This document shows, in pieces, positions 1 through 14,400 of a DNA stretch of 64,000 nucleotides (position 1 is its first letter; the number at the start of each line of letters is the position of its first letter). The DNA is from Phoronis australis (Eukaryota; Animalia; Phoronida). Location: positions 769,326-833,325 of the forward strand of contig NMRA01000047.1 of the NCBI GenBank assembly GCA_002633005.1, read 5' to 3'. The notes beneath the pieces are model-generated. The model ran no database searches and was not told the DNA's origin. It saw only the letters and a list, made by a program, of their open reading frames with translations. Both the position numbers and the translations under genes were made by a program.

Positions 1-935
1 CCAATTGCAAACTTGAACCAGAAACTCGTATGCATAAACCGTAATGTACTCAATATCTGAATAGTAGACGCTTATCTTGAGTTTGCTCAAGAGTAGAAAG
101 GCAAATGCCAAAAATAATTTCAAATTCCATTTCAAGTACAAAGATTAGACCCCAGACTTTACGATCATGCTAACGTTAGCTAAATGTGACTGATGAGCCT
201 GTTATCCACAATTTTTTCACCAAAGTAGTGTATCTGAGTACTTCTCAAGTCTTCCAACAGGTTTCTCAAGGTAGCCTTCCTGTATGGAAAAATAAGTGTT
301 GTTCTCAACGATATGGACGTTATGGTGACGAAGGATGCAAGATAGCACCACTCAGGCATTTGTGTTCAAGCGAGTGAAGTCACTGATGTAGCAGGATGCT
401 TATGTGCTAATTTCTTCAGTTTTGAAACATTAATAGAATGTAGACCAATGAAACTAAGGATTTTAAAATCTTTCGTCACATAATCTTTTTATGTGCATAA
501 AGCAATGCCCAGATATTTATTATCATGTGAGTGCATTTTTTCTAAAAAATATTGATTTTGGTTGGAGGTCGCCATAACTTCCACTAACATGAAGTTTTTG
601 GCTTTGAGGATTTTCTTTTGAAGTAAAAGTCCTCGAACTCTGCTGTCAAAAATGAAGACGTGAACATATTTTGCAAAAATAATCTTAGTTTTTGACAGCC
701 AAGCTTTTTGGCTAAAAGGCTTAGCAAGAAAATTTCAGTTACTCTTTTGTTGCCAATAGAATAAAGAAATGGAATTTGCAAGTTTCATGCAAAAAATTTG
801 TGGAAAATTTTACGGTCTCCATGAAAAATCATGTTTTTTCAAAATGCGCAATTGTGTGATTACAACCATCTAGACATTAATTTCGTACACATTAAGATTT
901 TGCAATCAAGGATTTTTAAATATATCGGCAGATTA

Positions 936-1337
936 TTAAAGATGTATTTTGATGCTCCTAACTATGCTAATGTATAGCAGGAACTAAACAACAATGCTAT
1001 TTAAACATCATCTATGCTAAACTAATTGCAGTTTTATTCATTGACAACTTGTAAATGTGAAAACAAAAAAATCTGCAAATAGGTGACCTTTGCACTAATG
1101 ACATTTCTTGGGGGGCTCACGTAGCCCGCATCATGCAGTGTTATTCCCGAACCCCCAACACCTTGTCATGATACTTACTGGACATGTTTGAGTGATATAC
1201 AGCAGATTATTTTCGACACAAAACTTGTTTTTTGGCAGTTTTCAACCTTCTTCATATTCACGTTGTCGCTGTATGTTGTGTTTCTAATTTGACAAGCAAT
1301 CATAGAGATAAGGAATTGGCGTCAAGTTCCACTTTGA
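936..1337 (+). mobile_element. Kolobok-like MITE family A, copy 1
   Basis: ttaa-AGATGTA...AAGTTCCACT-ttga; similar over about 400 bp to 5882-6291 and to the reverse complement of 62558-62950. Confidence 0.8.
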
Positions 1338-1664
1338 TACTTTAATACAGATTTAAGAAATTTGAACCCATGTTAGGAAAGTATACTACTGGGCTCATTT
1401 TCAAATCAAATCTGGTAAGCTATTTACGAGTATGGTGTGGAATTTTAAGTTGCAAATATTTGTTCTGATAAAATTGTCATTACTAGCGGTAGCAGTGCTG
1501 CACATTGTGAATTTTACTTGCTGTATTTATTGGTCATGGTGTCCAATACAAAGTATTTATGTTAAGTGTTTGGTCAATGGTGCAAAGTCTATTGTTTGTT
1601 ATTGGTGTAATTGTTATTACCATTTGTCCAGGATGTCTAAGTAAAATTATATCCGGTATATTAA

Positions 1665-1960
1665 TGACATTCCATTTCTGTCCGATCTTAGCGTTTTCAT
1701 TCCTTGTTGAGAAGTCACATATGTTACTCCTCGAAAAAACGAAACGCAGAAAACACTTACTTGAAGTGCACGTTATTTTACGTTTCCATCCTATCCTACT
1801 ATTTTCATCTCTCGTTCACAAGTCGCCTGTTATTCCTCAAAAATCGGAATGCAGAAAATACCAAGTGAACTTGAAATGAACATTTTATTTTACATCTCCA
1901 GCCATCTTACTATTTTCATCCCCCATAGACAAGTTGCTTCCGTTGCTCAAAAAAAAAAAA
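1665..1960. repeat. Degenerate tandem duplication, about 110-bp unit, about 2.5 copies
   Basis: Recurring blocks gcagaaaa...acttgaa.tg.ac.ttattttac...tactattttcatc...caagt. Confidence 0.6.
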
Positions 1961-1989
1961 AACTGAAAACAACCAATCGAAATGCATAT

Positions 1990-1995
1990 TTTATT
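1990..1995 (-). terminator. Candidate AATAAA polyadenylation signal of SH3RF (distal)
   Basis: tttatt on the plus strand, followed on the minus strand by a GT/T-rich tract (1949-1977). Confidence 0.4.
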
Positions 1996-2900
1996 ATCTG
2001 TACAAAATTATTCATCAGTTACAGACAGTGGTGGTATAACTGCATCAACAGATCAAGTGAACAGCACAACCTGGTGGACAACGATGACAATGTGAACATT
2101 TACAGAATGATGTACAGTTGAATACAATACCAATACCAATATGAACCCATGTGTCTGTTGTAAGAAATTGACTTGGGGCGGAAATTTAATCTATTAGGCC
2201 GAGTAAATGTTCAGCCAAGAAATAATTAGCACGTGAGTCTAGAAATAATTGATACTATCCCAGTTACTATCAGTAATGGCAGGAAGAGATAACCATGGTT
2301 ATCTCTTCCTGGTAATGGGTATATTCCCAGAGACTGTGAACTCTTGCTCAAGCGAGACTTTCAGACAAAGTTTTGTGGCGTACACTCCCAAATTTCAGTC
2401 TTGAGCTGCATTTTGCCTCACTTCTCTGGCTAAATAATGAAATTGCTGATTTCTTGACTCAAGCGCTTTGAGGATTAAAAACATTACAACGTTCAACTGA
2501 TCTTAATTTCCGCCAAATGAGGTGGCAACTTGAGTCCCAAGCAATGTGTAAGTGCACCTTTTTTGAATACACAATTAAGATTTGGCCGACCGCAATGACT
2601 GAAACATTTTCTTAAGACGCTGATGGCTTTGAAGTTCTTGTTTGTAACAGAAATAAAATCCTGTCATGGTAAGGAGTATTTCGAGACAGATTTTATGAGA
2701 GTAAAAGGCTTAATTAGATTTTCGTTTTTTACAGCTAAACCAGGCGAAATGCAGCTTTAAGTGTTCAAGTCAAATTTCCCACTCCCAGATGGGACATAAT
2801 TGCACACATTACAAGATGCAACCTTGAACATATGTCAACGTACGGCTGACTAAAAATGACACAAATTGAATTTACTTAAGTGCTTTTTAAGAACAAATGC

Positions 2901-2906
2901 TTTATT
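2901..2906 (-). terminator. Candidate AATAAA polyadenylation signal of SH3RF (proximal)
   Basis: tttatt on the plus strand about 2.4 kb past the stop; usage unverified. Confidence 0.35.
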
Positions 2907-4124
2907 CATTTAAAGCAGACAGCATGAGCCATCACTGGCTTCACAGTCAGTGAGATTACATTGAGAGAAATGTATGTATTTCAACCACGAGAGACTACAT
3001 GAAATGAAGCAACACAACACCTCAAATTTTCCCAATTCTACTTAAAGAGGCTTTGGCAAGTTAAACCGCCTCAAGTGTTCTATTTCAGCAGTTGCAAATT
3101 TTTTGGCTTTCAAAGCATGAGAAGCCTTACTTAAGACTTCAAGGTCTGGAATAAATCTCCCGACATCGGTGGAAAGGTGAAAGTTTTCAATTAGTACATG
3201 CTCCAGAGAACAAACAAAATTTTCCACATTCAAAAATGTACGTATTGTGACGTGATTTCTCTTCACCGCGCTATACAGCTGTCTATAAAGATATTTATCT
3301 ATACAATGTGATTGTATTAAATGGTGTATTTACAAATGATATGTACACTATGCATTTACTATCACCAAGCAATACCCAAGATAGCTACTATACCACTGAG
3401 ATAAAATTCCACAGATCAGTCGTGTTCACTTTACATACCTGACATTCACAATTCTTTTTTCCTTCAGTCAATGTCAGATTGTGAAGCGAGTTGTGCTTTG
3501 CAGGTTAACAGGTCATAGGTCATAGGTCGTCACTAATGCTGTGCATAATATTCCTGTGATTACAGTGGACAAAGCCACTGTCACCTTGCGTGTGTGCCAG
3601 CTTTAGTCTCGTACAACATCAGCATATATGTTTTTAAATTGATAAAATAAGCCAGCCACTTATAACATGACCAGGTGCAAACACCTGAACAGAAATATGT
3701 ACAGCTGTGACAGTACAGTCCAAGTGCAAAAACTACTATCCCCCAACAAGGCAATGGATACCTATGAATCATGAAGGCTGAAAGTGTCAAGATTAGCAAC
3801 TCGGCTGGCTGCACACTTCGAAACATTGGCAGCAGGAAGTCAGAAACTGATTGGCATCTTAATTACTTAAAACATTCCACTAAGTGCATTTACTAAATTA
3901 TTTTTAGCAAACACACGATTGCTCATTTCATTTTATCACTTTTGTTGTTTAAAATTAGCACAAGGTTTTGTAATATCCCATGGAAAGCCCAGAGAATCAT
4001 TCACTGCAACTGTCAACATAGCTGCACAAAAATCGAGTATTATTATTATGCTGCAAGCTTAAATTTTCACAATTTCAAAAATCATGTAGAATATCAGCAC
4101 TAGACAATCAATTCTCGACCAAAT

Positions 4125-4361
4125 CAGGGCTTGGAATGACCAATGACAAAAAAGAGGAAAAATTTCCAGGTGATGTATCGTGCGACAAATAAATAAGGCT
4201 TGTGTGATAGAAATATTTTTGTGTTGTAAAACTTAACTGAAATCAACATTTTTGCATGAAAGAAGTCAAGATAATGATATAAAAGAGACAAAAAGAGGTA
4301 TTAAACTGGAAATCAAATAAGAGGAAATCAAAACCAAAAAAGAGGAAAATTCCAAGCCCTG
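4125..4361. mobile_element. hAT-like MITE, short form, TIR CAGGGCTTGGAAT, 6-bp TSD
   Basis: Perfect 13-bp TIR; flanks ccaaat/ccaaat. Confidence 0.9.
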
Positions 4362-5264
4362 CCAAATGTAAGTTTCAACATAACACAGCCCACTAGATCC
4401 ATGCGACTACTAGCACTTTTAAGTGTACGGTGACAGGTCGGGCCGTTCAAATAGAGAAAGTGAGGTCAACTGCACTATAAAGAAATAAATCTCATTCTGT
4501 AAGAATAGTTTCAACAATTTTGTCAACACATGGAGCCTCCACCAAAATGGTACAAATCACAAGCAACACTTTTCATAAACCGTGCTTTTTGTTTTTTAAG
4601 TCGGTGTCTATATCTGGCTTTATATATCTAAGATAACATAAAATAGTTTTGAGTTTCATCAGACTGCCTACACATGTTCTCACCAATCAAATGATCAGTT
4701 CCTTCACACCACATTACAGACACAGGTAATTTCCACAAAATGGCTGCCGTGTTCAGTTTAAAAATGAGGTCAACTGTGCAACAACTGGTCAAGAAGAAGC
4801 TGCCTTTGCTCTGTAACATCTGTTTTAAATTTTCAAGTGATAACAAAGGATTTTACATCCAGCTTTAAGTAGGATTAATTTTCAATTCAATGCGTCTCCC
4901 AGAGTCTTACTTTTTCTTACAGTTGATCATGCGATTGTCTGCACCATTTACCATCTATTCGTAGAGTAAACAGAACGCAGTGTCTTGAATCAAAATCGTG
5001 TAGTGCGATAGAACTCACGAGGAGCACAAAACAGCATCCATGAAATATTCTGTGTCAAGCAGGAAGTGTCCAGACAAACTACAGCGTGTTTCATGGCAAT
5101 GATTTAAAAGGCAACCAGGGCACTACAGTGCGGCTTTCAGCATTTGCATGGAGATCTGTAATAAACTTCCTATGAAGAGAAACGCTTCAACACTTTGCTC
5201 CATAAGATATCGAAGACTTCACTCAGACAAGCCTAACTCCCAATCGGGGAGTGACAACCTCCGC

Positions 5265-5433
5265 TCAGAAAGCCTCAACGAAGCTGCCTGGAAACAACCC
5301 AGTTTTGCCAGTCCTTGACAGCGTTCCCTTGAACCACCCATCGTCTCGTTTTTTGTGGACGTACACGACATCACCCACCTTCAGTTCGAGTTCCACGTCG
5401 GAATTGGGCGGGTACGGAACGATGCAACGATAC
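5265..5433 (-). CDS. SH3RF1: SH3RF last coding exon (SH3 #4: [36 protein letters not shown]...[11 protein letters not shown])
   Basis: ctttcag|G TAT...TGA stop at 5265-5267; canonical POSH C-terminal SH3. Confidence 0.96.
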
Positions 5434-8400
5434 CTGAAAGGACCAATCACAATGCGTCGGGATTTGAAATCAACTACTTTTACTGCAGTTCACGTAGATC
5501 GATAAACCTTTTTACAGCAAAACTTCCAGGAGTAAAAATAGGCGATGGTGGTGTAGTCTCATAACAACGCCTATCATGTAACAAAATGGAAGATCTGGCT
5601 ACTAACAAACTTAAGCGTTTTCTAATAAAAGGTTCCAATCAGCAACCATTTTTTGAGAGTTTAGTGAACAGAACAGAAAATAATATCTCAGTAATATGAA
5701 GAAGTTTATATGTCACAAAAATCAGAAATTCCTACTTGCTGTCAAGAGCAAGTGTCTAGAAGTGAGGTGGTCTACTACTCGGTGAGTTGTTGGTAAATCC
5801 ATGACAATCCGGTATCGATAACTAGATAATTGGTTGGGTACAGGCATGCATTGATACAGATGGAATAACACAAAATACACTTTGAAAATGCATTTGCATG
5901 CTCCTAACTATGCTAATGTATAACAGGAACTAAATGACGATGGAATATTAACATATTCTACGCTATACAAAAGTGCAGTTGTATTCACTGACAACTTGTA
6001 AATGTGAAACAAAAAAAATCTGCAAATAGGTGACCTTTGCATTAATTACGAACACACGGGCTCACACAGCCTGCATCGTGCAGTGTTATTCCCCAGCACC
6101 ACATCACGATACATACCAGACACAGTTCAGTGATTTGCGGCGGATCATTTTCGCCACAAAACTCATTCTTAAAACCATTTGGCAATTTTCAACCAACTTC
6201 AAATTCACATTAATCGCTATATGTTGTGTTTCTAACTAATTTGGCCATGCAGTCACAGAGATAAGGAATAAGCCTACAAGTTCCACTTTAAAATAGCCAA
6301 TACAGGTAAGCAAAAAACACGTAATAGCCATATGTCAGCACAAAACACATAAACTGTTTCTGACAGATTTATTAAAGCGCAACTCAAACAAAGGCTTCCA
6401 TGGATGAACAAAACAAAGACAACAAAATAGAACATGTTACCTACAGCCAGAATTACTGGACAAGACTTCCAAAAATGTCAGTGCACTGGGCTCTTGGATA
6501 CTGTAACCACCACACATGGGAAGATTACAGACGCAAGCGTCACATGTTAAACCCGTTTCAGTCCATACCACCAGAAACGCACTAAATGCCTGTCGCATCA
6601 TGACCCCAGCAATACAGATCATGGCTGGATTCATCAGAAGAAAACGAATTTTAACAATGTCAGTCGTGCGATAACCAGAAATGCCACTGATTCGCCATTA
6701 CACTAACTGTTCTGGTGACTATCCACTTGTCAAAAACGGACATGTCTAAACTGTGGAAGCCAATGTGTGTTAGAGACAAGGTTTTTTGATAGCAAAGGAT
6801 AATTTGGATTTCAACACAACAGGGTTGTGTTACATAGACCTAAAACATTAGAAAGCACAGACGGCGAAAAAATCTTTGGAAACTGGGAATTCGATCCAGT
6901 AACTTACGATTTTGATGAAATAATCGATCTATCCAACCCCAATGACCAATCATTTCAATGACCACCATTTAGCTATATCACACTAGTAAGGACTTGAGCA
7001 CACCCGCCTTTCATTCGTGTGACTTTTGCACGGTCTTGTTTTTTTGTGCAAAGAAACTTGCCCTACTAAACCCTACCTGGATTGTCTTTGATACACAGTC
7101 ATCTTGAAATGATCATTTTGCCATGCTTGGGAGAGAACTATAGTAAAGTTTATGAGTGAACTACAAGTGCATTTTAACAAAATTAGAACCTGCAGCCATC
7201 ACTTCGGAATGCCTTCCGAAATCCGTTACGTATAACTGACAAAGCCAGCTAAAACAAAACTCACAAACGACAGTTACCTTTCGCGTACAAGAGGCTTAGG
7301 CTTGGGCCTATGGGCTGAAGGGGTGCAGGAGTCTAGAGAGCCAGACTTCTGGTGGTAGGGGACGAGGGTGACAGAGGCACCCTCCTCAGACACATCAAGA
7401 TCAACCAGTGGAAGAGAGCCACTCCTACATGCAAAAGGCAGAGGACATGCGATTAAACACATATACCATGAGAAAGGGTGACTTGGGCAAAACATCAATT
7501 GACGGTCACACGAGATGAAACTAGTTCAACACCCAGGAGCAGAGACTTCGAAAAATCCAGTTTGAAGACAAATCAAAAAGATGTCATAAGACAGCCCAAA
7601 TTGAGAAACTCCAATAAAACTTGCCTAAGTTGGATTTTTGCTTAACTGAGACACCATTCAGTTGTAGTTTTTCTAGTTCGTGCACTCACCCCTTCAGATA
7701 ACTCGGATTTCACCACGCTCAGACCAAATCTAGTGGTCTGGTTGAATCCAACTTATGCGAGTTTTACTGCAAAAATTCAAATATTTTAAGCTAGCCCAGG
7801 TTTAGGTCCCATGTGACACGTCAATACTGATTTTTTTACGCAAGTTTCCTACGGAGGTAATTAAAAGGTATTAATTGTTTTTACAGCCTACAGCATTTTA
7901 CATCACATGCCCACCATGAACTCCACAAAGTACCATAGTACACAAGTATTCCAGAACCCCCCCGGATACAACAATCTGGTTAATAATGACAGCTGATATT
8001 ACACGAAAGACACCAGAGAGTTTATTATCCAAAATTCTCTGCCATTCATTGTCATAGAAACCATCTGTCCTGAATGAAGGGGAATGAACTAATATAGTAA
8101 TTCTTTTCTTCATCTGCACAAAATCTTATGAACTGTTGGTTCCGTAAACATACACTGTGCAATTTTTTGAATATTTCTGATTGTACAAATTGTTAGAAAT
8201 TTAAAGGTAAATGTGAAGAGGCAGTAAGCTTGGCAACACATACTAAATGCGCATTATTAGTGTGTATGAATTAAAAAAAAAAATTGGTAGCCAGGCCTCT
8301 TCACAATTAGAAATTCGTCAGTGACAGGTCATTGCCAGAAATTTTAGCGGAAAATCGTATTAAGTTTAATGACGGGAAATGTTATTTAGTCCAATTACTG

Positions 8401-11400
8401 AGGGCATGTGCTGTATGTTCGTGTCAGCTGAGTCTACAATGAGCGTTGACGGCATATGTGTATCAACATCCACTAAAACAATCTCCTTCCGGCAGAGAAC
8501 AGGAAGGCTTGAGCCAATGGAAAATGGAGCTTCGCACAAACACAAGTGAAAAACACATCGGCACGAAACATCTAGTGGCAACATTGACGCTTTCAAAAAT
8601 GTTCGAGGGATCCATGCTGTTAGAAATAAGAATTCAGCTCACCAACAATGATTAGCGCATGCCAGTAGGAAATCTGGTACAAGCGAAGAACCATTAAACA
8701 GGGTAGAAAGGCACAGTTAAAGCTCTTCACCAGATGACGTGGTTCCGCTACAAAGAGTTTACGGTTATGTAGGACCCTATAAAAATGGCCAAATTTAGCT
8801 GATTTCGGAACACCATATCCCAGAAATGAATGATCGGATTCATGTAAAACTTTCAGACACCATGTTTAGGAGGAATTCGGTTTAAAATGTTCCACTTTTC
8901 CATTATGGGCTATCGAAAAATAGGACTTATGATTTTCATGAAAATTTGCATAAAATCAAAATGAATATGAAATGATATTTTAGAAAACTGCAACTGCATT
9001 TTTGATATCTCACATCAAATAAAACTTGATCATGTTATTGACACCTTCGCTATGCTATCAATGTATCTTTTTTGCTTAATAATTCTAATAAAAAGACATG
9101 GTCACGTGACCCAATCAATAACAGATTGGTAAAAATTCAAAAATCAAATTTCTCCACACATTTTCCTTCAGAAAATATAAGCTTTTACCGAGTTAAAATC
9201 TATAGTTTTCTTGATATTTTGTTAAATGCGCAGAGTAGTTGATAAGGTCCTACATAACCTTAAAATTAAAGAGGACGGTGCTACGGCAAAGCTTCTACAG
9301 TTTAGAACACAAAATGCCGGATCAGTTGAATTTCATTCAGCAAATTTCTTGACAAAATAGATAGGAAGAAATCCTCCATTTAATTTCACGACCCCAGTTG
9401 TATTGTACAGTAGTCATCAATCAACACACTGTGAAATTCTGGGCATTTTTACGAAACACTGAAATTTGAAGAATGGAAAAGTGATAATTATTATTTTTGT
9501 TCGGATTTGAAGAAACTTTACCGTATTACTGTTTGGTGGTGATTATGACACATTAAATGCACCAATGAATCGGAGGGATTTTTGAACTTTACTTTTACAG
9601 AAAGCCTCACCTCGTGTGCCCAATCACAGGTGAGTCACCAGGTATCGGGCCATCCATGACAGGGGGTGGGGATTTAGACTTTTTGGGTTTGCCTGCACTA
9701 GTTAATCTTTTCATAAGACTGACTTTTTCTTTCTCCTTTTTCTCCTTCTGAAAACCATATTTAATATTGACCACAAAGTTAATAATCCACACTGCATGCA
9801 GCAAAACTGTATCATTTTGAGTTCTATCATATCAAATAATTTGTCCCATATTCTGCACTGGTAATGAAAGGCATTTTTAAAAAGTACACTTTTAGTTTTT
9901 ATGTGGGACCAATTACTTTTTAAAGTAGCTACAAACCTCCTTTACCGCATCAAAAAAACAGTTCTCATTTGATAACTTACAAAAAATGGTTTCACCTTGT
10001 TCGCTACTCATATCAGATTGCTAATGAGTTCAGGTTCAATACATTGGCTACATTCGGTGGTCACTCTATGTACAGAGCACACAGAGCATGGTTTTAGATG
10101 ACATTTCCAAGTCTAGAAACTACTTCTCACGAGAGTACTAAAAAGGCCGAGACAAGTTTTGCAACGACAAGTAGACTAAATCAAGTTATTCTTTGACAGA
10201 AAGCGGGTCTATCAGAGCGCTAAGCTTTCCATAATTTCTGACTGGTAGGCATAGCACATTAATCGGTCACTTCATTGAAAAACATTGCAGAACAAACCAC
10301 ACCTTTTCTTGTTTCGTGAGAGGTAGCAAGACGGTAGCACCAGTAGCGCCTCCTGCTGCAGACATGGGTCTACTAGGGGGGACCAAGGTAACGGTATTAG
10401 GGGGACTGAGAGGCTGCCCCTCGGGTGTATTCCTGGGACTGTTGCCTGTAGAAGAGGGGGCAACGTTTGCATTGGTCTTCGACGTTTTGGTCATGATTCT
10501 TGGTTGGCTGTGAGATCTGGAGGATGACGACGATTGTTGTCGTGCAATGGGGGGTGATGGTCGTCCAGGAGGGGACTGACTACTGGCACCAGCCTGTAGT
10601 GGAGGTGTAGGGCTGGACATGGATCGTGACATAGCTTGAGTGGCAGCCCCCCTCGGAGGTCCTCCGGTGGGTGGACTCTGACCACTCATCTGCCTGGTTA
10701 TCTGATAATCCAGCGCAGCAGTGTCCGTAGCACGAATGTTTCGTACATCTCCATGCACTGAGGTTTTGCCTGCCAGAACAGGGGCCCTGAAATGAGCACA
10801 GAAGAGATAATATTACACACGTTCTGTCCATTCAAATCACCAAAACATGTTCACAATTCGACCAAGACTGTGCCCTTCTATATCAAAGCGACGACATATA
10901 TCCCTATAATCTCACATGCTGGTTCCCTACGTGCCTAGGTATCACGCAGTGGCACGCGCTTTAGCATTGAATGATGTAATCTCAGCAGTCATTGGTTAGC
11001 TTTACAACACCGTGAAAAAATGGCGGACTGTGAACGATTTTTAGCTTTATGCAAGTGACGTCGCAGCAACTATTTTGTTTCTGCAGTGATGTTTAATAGC
11101 CGAGTGCTTGAAGCACATACATGCACAATAAACACATATATGGCCAAATTAATGGTGTGTTATTCATACTGTATGAATACAGGACAGTATCGTAAACAAA
11201 AGTCATTGACAGTAGAAAGATGCACTCCGAAAAGACACAACCACAATTACTAGGATTCACATTTACTGAACATAAATTTTAAGCACCGATTTGTCTGCCC
11301 AACAGACCACATTTACACTTCAGTCCATCAGTCATGCCAGTTTTTTTGCATAAAGCGCTCCCTGTTGAAAATTCGACTAGCCAATGAGAAACGCCGGTTT

Positions 11401-14400
11401 AAAAAAATTCCCCGTGGAAAATAAAGTGATAACTGCGTGCTGGCCACTGACCTCCTAGCAGCACGCATGGAACCAGTAAGTAAAATCTCGTAGCCCACAT
11501 AAAATCATAATGACCTACAGTTCAATCCTATATCAAGACCACCACGACAATTATCAAATCCTCTAGTGTACACACAAACACCTCTCATACAGAACACCAA
11601 CATACCTAGCTGGCTGTACATAGTTGCCAGGGAACACTCCCTCTTTTCCAGTCCGTAGACATGTGCCTTTGAACCAGCCGTCTTGACACTTTTCACTAAC
11701 TTGGTAGAAGTCGTTCTTCCTCAGTTCAACCTCGTCAGCCTTCTGAGGTCGGTAATTGTACAGGGACATATAGCTGGAAAACACAAACCAGAACTTCCTT
11801 AATTTTGAATCCATTTGAAAAAACACAGGATCAGTTTGCGGAAACATTTTTGGCACCAGTTTCGACACATGCTGTTCATTTCAAATATAGAAATGTATAT
11901 AGCAGAAAACATGCAGTCCAAAAATCCAGCTAAATTAACATTTTATCTGAGTGTGCAAAACCGTTCTGAACAGTGACTCAGTGAGACAGACAACTTGTGC
12001 AGTTGGTTGAAGAAATCCCCTTCTAGCAGTTTGTTAGAATCCAAGTTATTTCATCCTATTGTTAAAGACCTCAATCCAAAAATTTATTTTTCCGATTCAA
12101 CGTTATTTTTGTCCTAAATACATACAACCAAGCAAAAACCAAACATATAGACAATTAAGTGACCTAATAAAACTCCATTTTCACAATGTGTTGTTCAAAG
12201 TTTCCAAGGTTCTTCTTGGTGTCAGACGTAACTCTACAGTTTGAGTTGCAAGCAACAATGATTGAATTTTAAACCACACGACAAAAAGACAATTTTGAAA
12301 TGGCACACTTTCAACAGATTGTTCTGAACAATGCCAGTAAAATATCTGTCAATCACATCTCGTGGCGACTACTCACATTTGGTGAGGTGAAATTTCAGAT
12401 CTATTGGAAGAGTTATTGGAAGGTCCACTCTGTAAGAAATTAACGTCAGATATGAGCCTCAGCAAACGATGCCACTAACGAGGTAACATTATCACAACAA
12501 ACAAAAAGCAAAGGAATGGAAAAGTAATTCAAATTAAGACATCGAGTAGCACCAATGTGGAAATTTATCAGCTGGGGGTATAAGTAAGGAAAAGTTTCTT
12601 CAAATTAGAACAAAATATGACGGAACAGTAAGACTATATTTTATTAAAATTTTCAAAACAAGAGCAAACAAGAAAACAATTTTACTTGATTATTTGAAAA
12701 TATTATACAGCATGGCTATAACCAACAAACAAGATGAAATAATTTTGAACATTTTTGGCAATACAGCGAGTGTTTGAAAATTGAAAAAAATGCCAATCTT
12801 GGCCACTATTTGTGTTCGAATTTGAGGAAACTTTATTGTACGTAGGTTTACAATTGGGGAGCTCCAAAAACGGGGGTGTGCTTATACCCAATTGGGTGGC
12901 TTAAGTCAGACATTCAGGTACAAGCTTACAGGCTTGTAGAGAATGGATTCATGTTTAATGGCAAGTCACAATTTGTCAAATCTTAAAATTTACAATTGTC
13001 AGTGGAAAGTTTCAACTGACAAGGCTCTTTTGGTGCTTTTTGCAAGTATAAGTCACATCAACTTTGCTTTTGTCACGTATGCAAGACAAAATATTTGACA
13101 GTGATAACGGTGAATTCCAAATTTTAAAATCTTTGAAAAACGACCCACAGCAGCACAAAATAACTCTAAAGCCAACCCAACACTAACAGCCTACTTGGCT
13201 CAGCAGATTACAATACATGTATCGTAAATATTGAAAAAGAGAAAAAATGCTGCATTGCCCTTGAGCCTAAGGATGGTAAATTAACATTAGTTTTACACGG
13301 AGCTGGGTCTGTCAGGAAACTATTGTAAAGCAGACTGAAATTGTCAAAAATGCCACAGAGCTTCAGGCAAGTTTTGTCACAGAATGTGGCCATGTCACAT
13401 GTAATCCATTCAGTGAGCTGCTTGAGTCACATATTCAGGCATGACCCCACAAGCTTGTATTACACATCCTATGAATGCACAGTCGCAATCTTTTTTCTAG
13501 GCAGTTTAGTGCTAGCTCACCTAATGACAGAGGATGTGAGAGAGAAGGTTGACTAAATGTGGACTGAGAGGTTAGAGGTTTTTACTGAAACTGGTGGGCT
13601 TGCACGCGATAAATATTAGGGGTGGCTTATAGTGGAGTAGGTGGGCTTATCCGCAAGAATGACCCCAAAGTGGGGGTGTTAATATATTCGAGGGTGGGCT
13701 TTTACCTGGAGGGGGATTTTGCCTGAGGTGTGCTTATAACCGAGCAAATGAGGTAGCATACATTTAGGTTAGCAAGCTATATAAGCTAAAATGTACTCCA
13801 CAGTGCTTTACAACAGCTCCTCAACAGAAGTACAAATATTTACTGAATAGCATCACAAATATCAACAGTGAGGGTACATAGAGAAGATTTACTAACGAGC
13901 ACTTCATGACACTAGTCATCACTATAACATCATTACTACTAGAATGTATATAACAGCTCTATAACCTATGCAGGTAAACCAAAGGGTGCATGTCGGGAAA
14001 TACCTACATTTCCTCAAACATAGTCACAACAAAATCGCCCCCCCCTCACCTGATTGCGCGAGACAGTCTGCACTGGCACAGCGGGACCTTGCGTCGACCC
14101 TCCCGCCACTGACTGCCCCTGTGAGGCCACACAGTTGCCGAGTTCCGTCGAGTGGCGCTGTTGCACGGCTATCGCTGGATTGTGCGTTGGAGAAAGCGAG
14201 GTGAGAGAATGGCGCTTCTGGGCCTTGGGAACGTTGGCACTGCTGGAGGTAGCCTGGCCTCGTTGAGAGTCCAGCAGGCTCTTGGCAGCATGGTTCATCT
14301 TCAGGTAATAGAAGCAAGAGATAAGTATTGTCTTCTGAAGAGGCATGTGCAGTCAAGTTTTGCGCACAGTAAAATACGTATGGGGATCTACCTGATTTTG

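Noticed and set aside
8643-8673. 31-nt exon-like segment on the minus strand with gtgagc donor
   Set aside because: In-frame TAA in the required phase; no further support
9101-9110. Perfect GTCACGTGAC (CLEAR/E-box) motif
   Set aside because: Lies inside a MITE deep in an intron, far from any promoter
13521-13563. Exon-like 43-nt segment on the minus strand (ctctcag|TCC...TTA G|gtgagc)
   Set aside because: Good splice signals, but inclusion shifts the frame and causes a stop in the next exon; only viable as a poison exon or with an unseen partner exon
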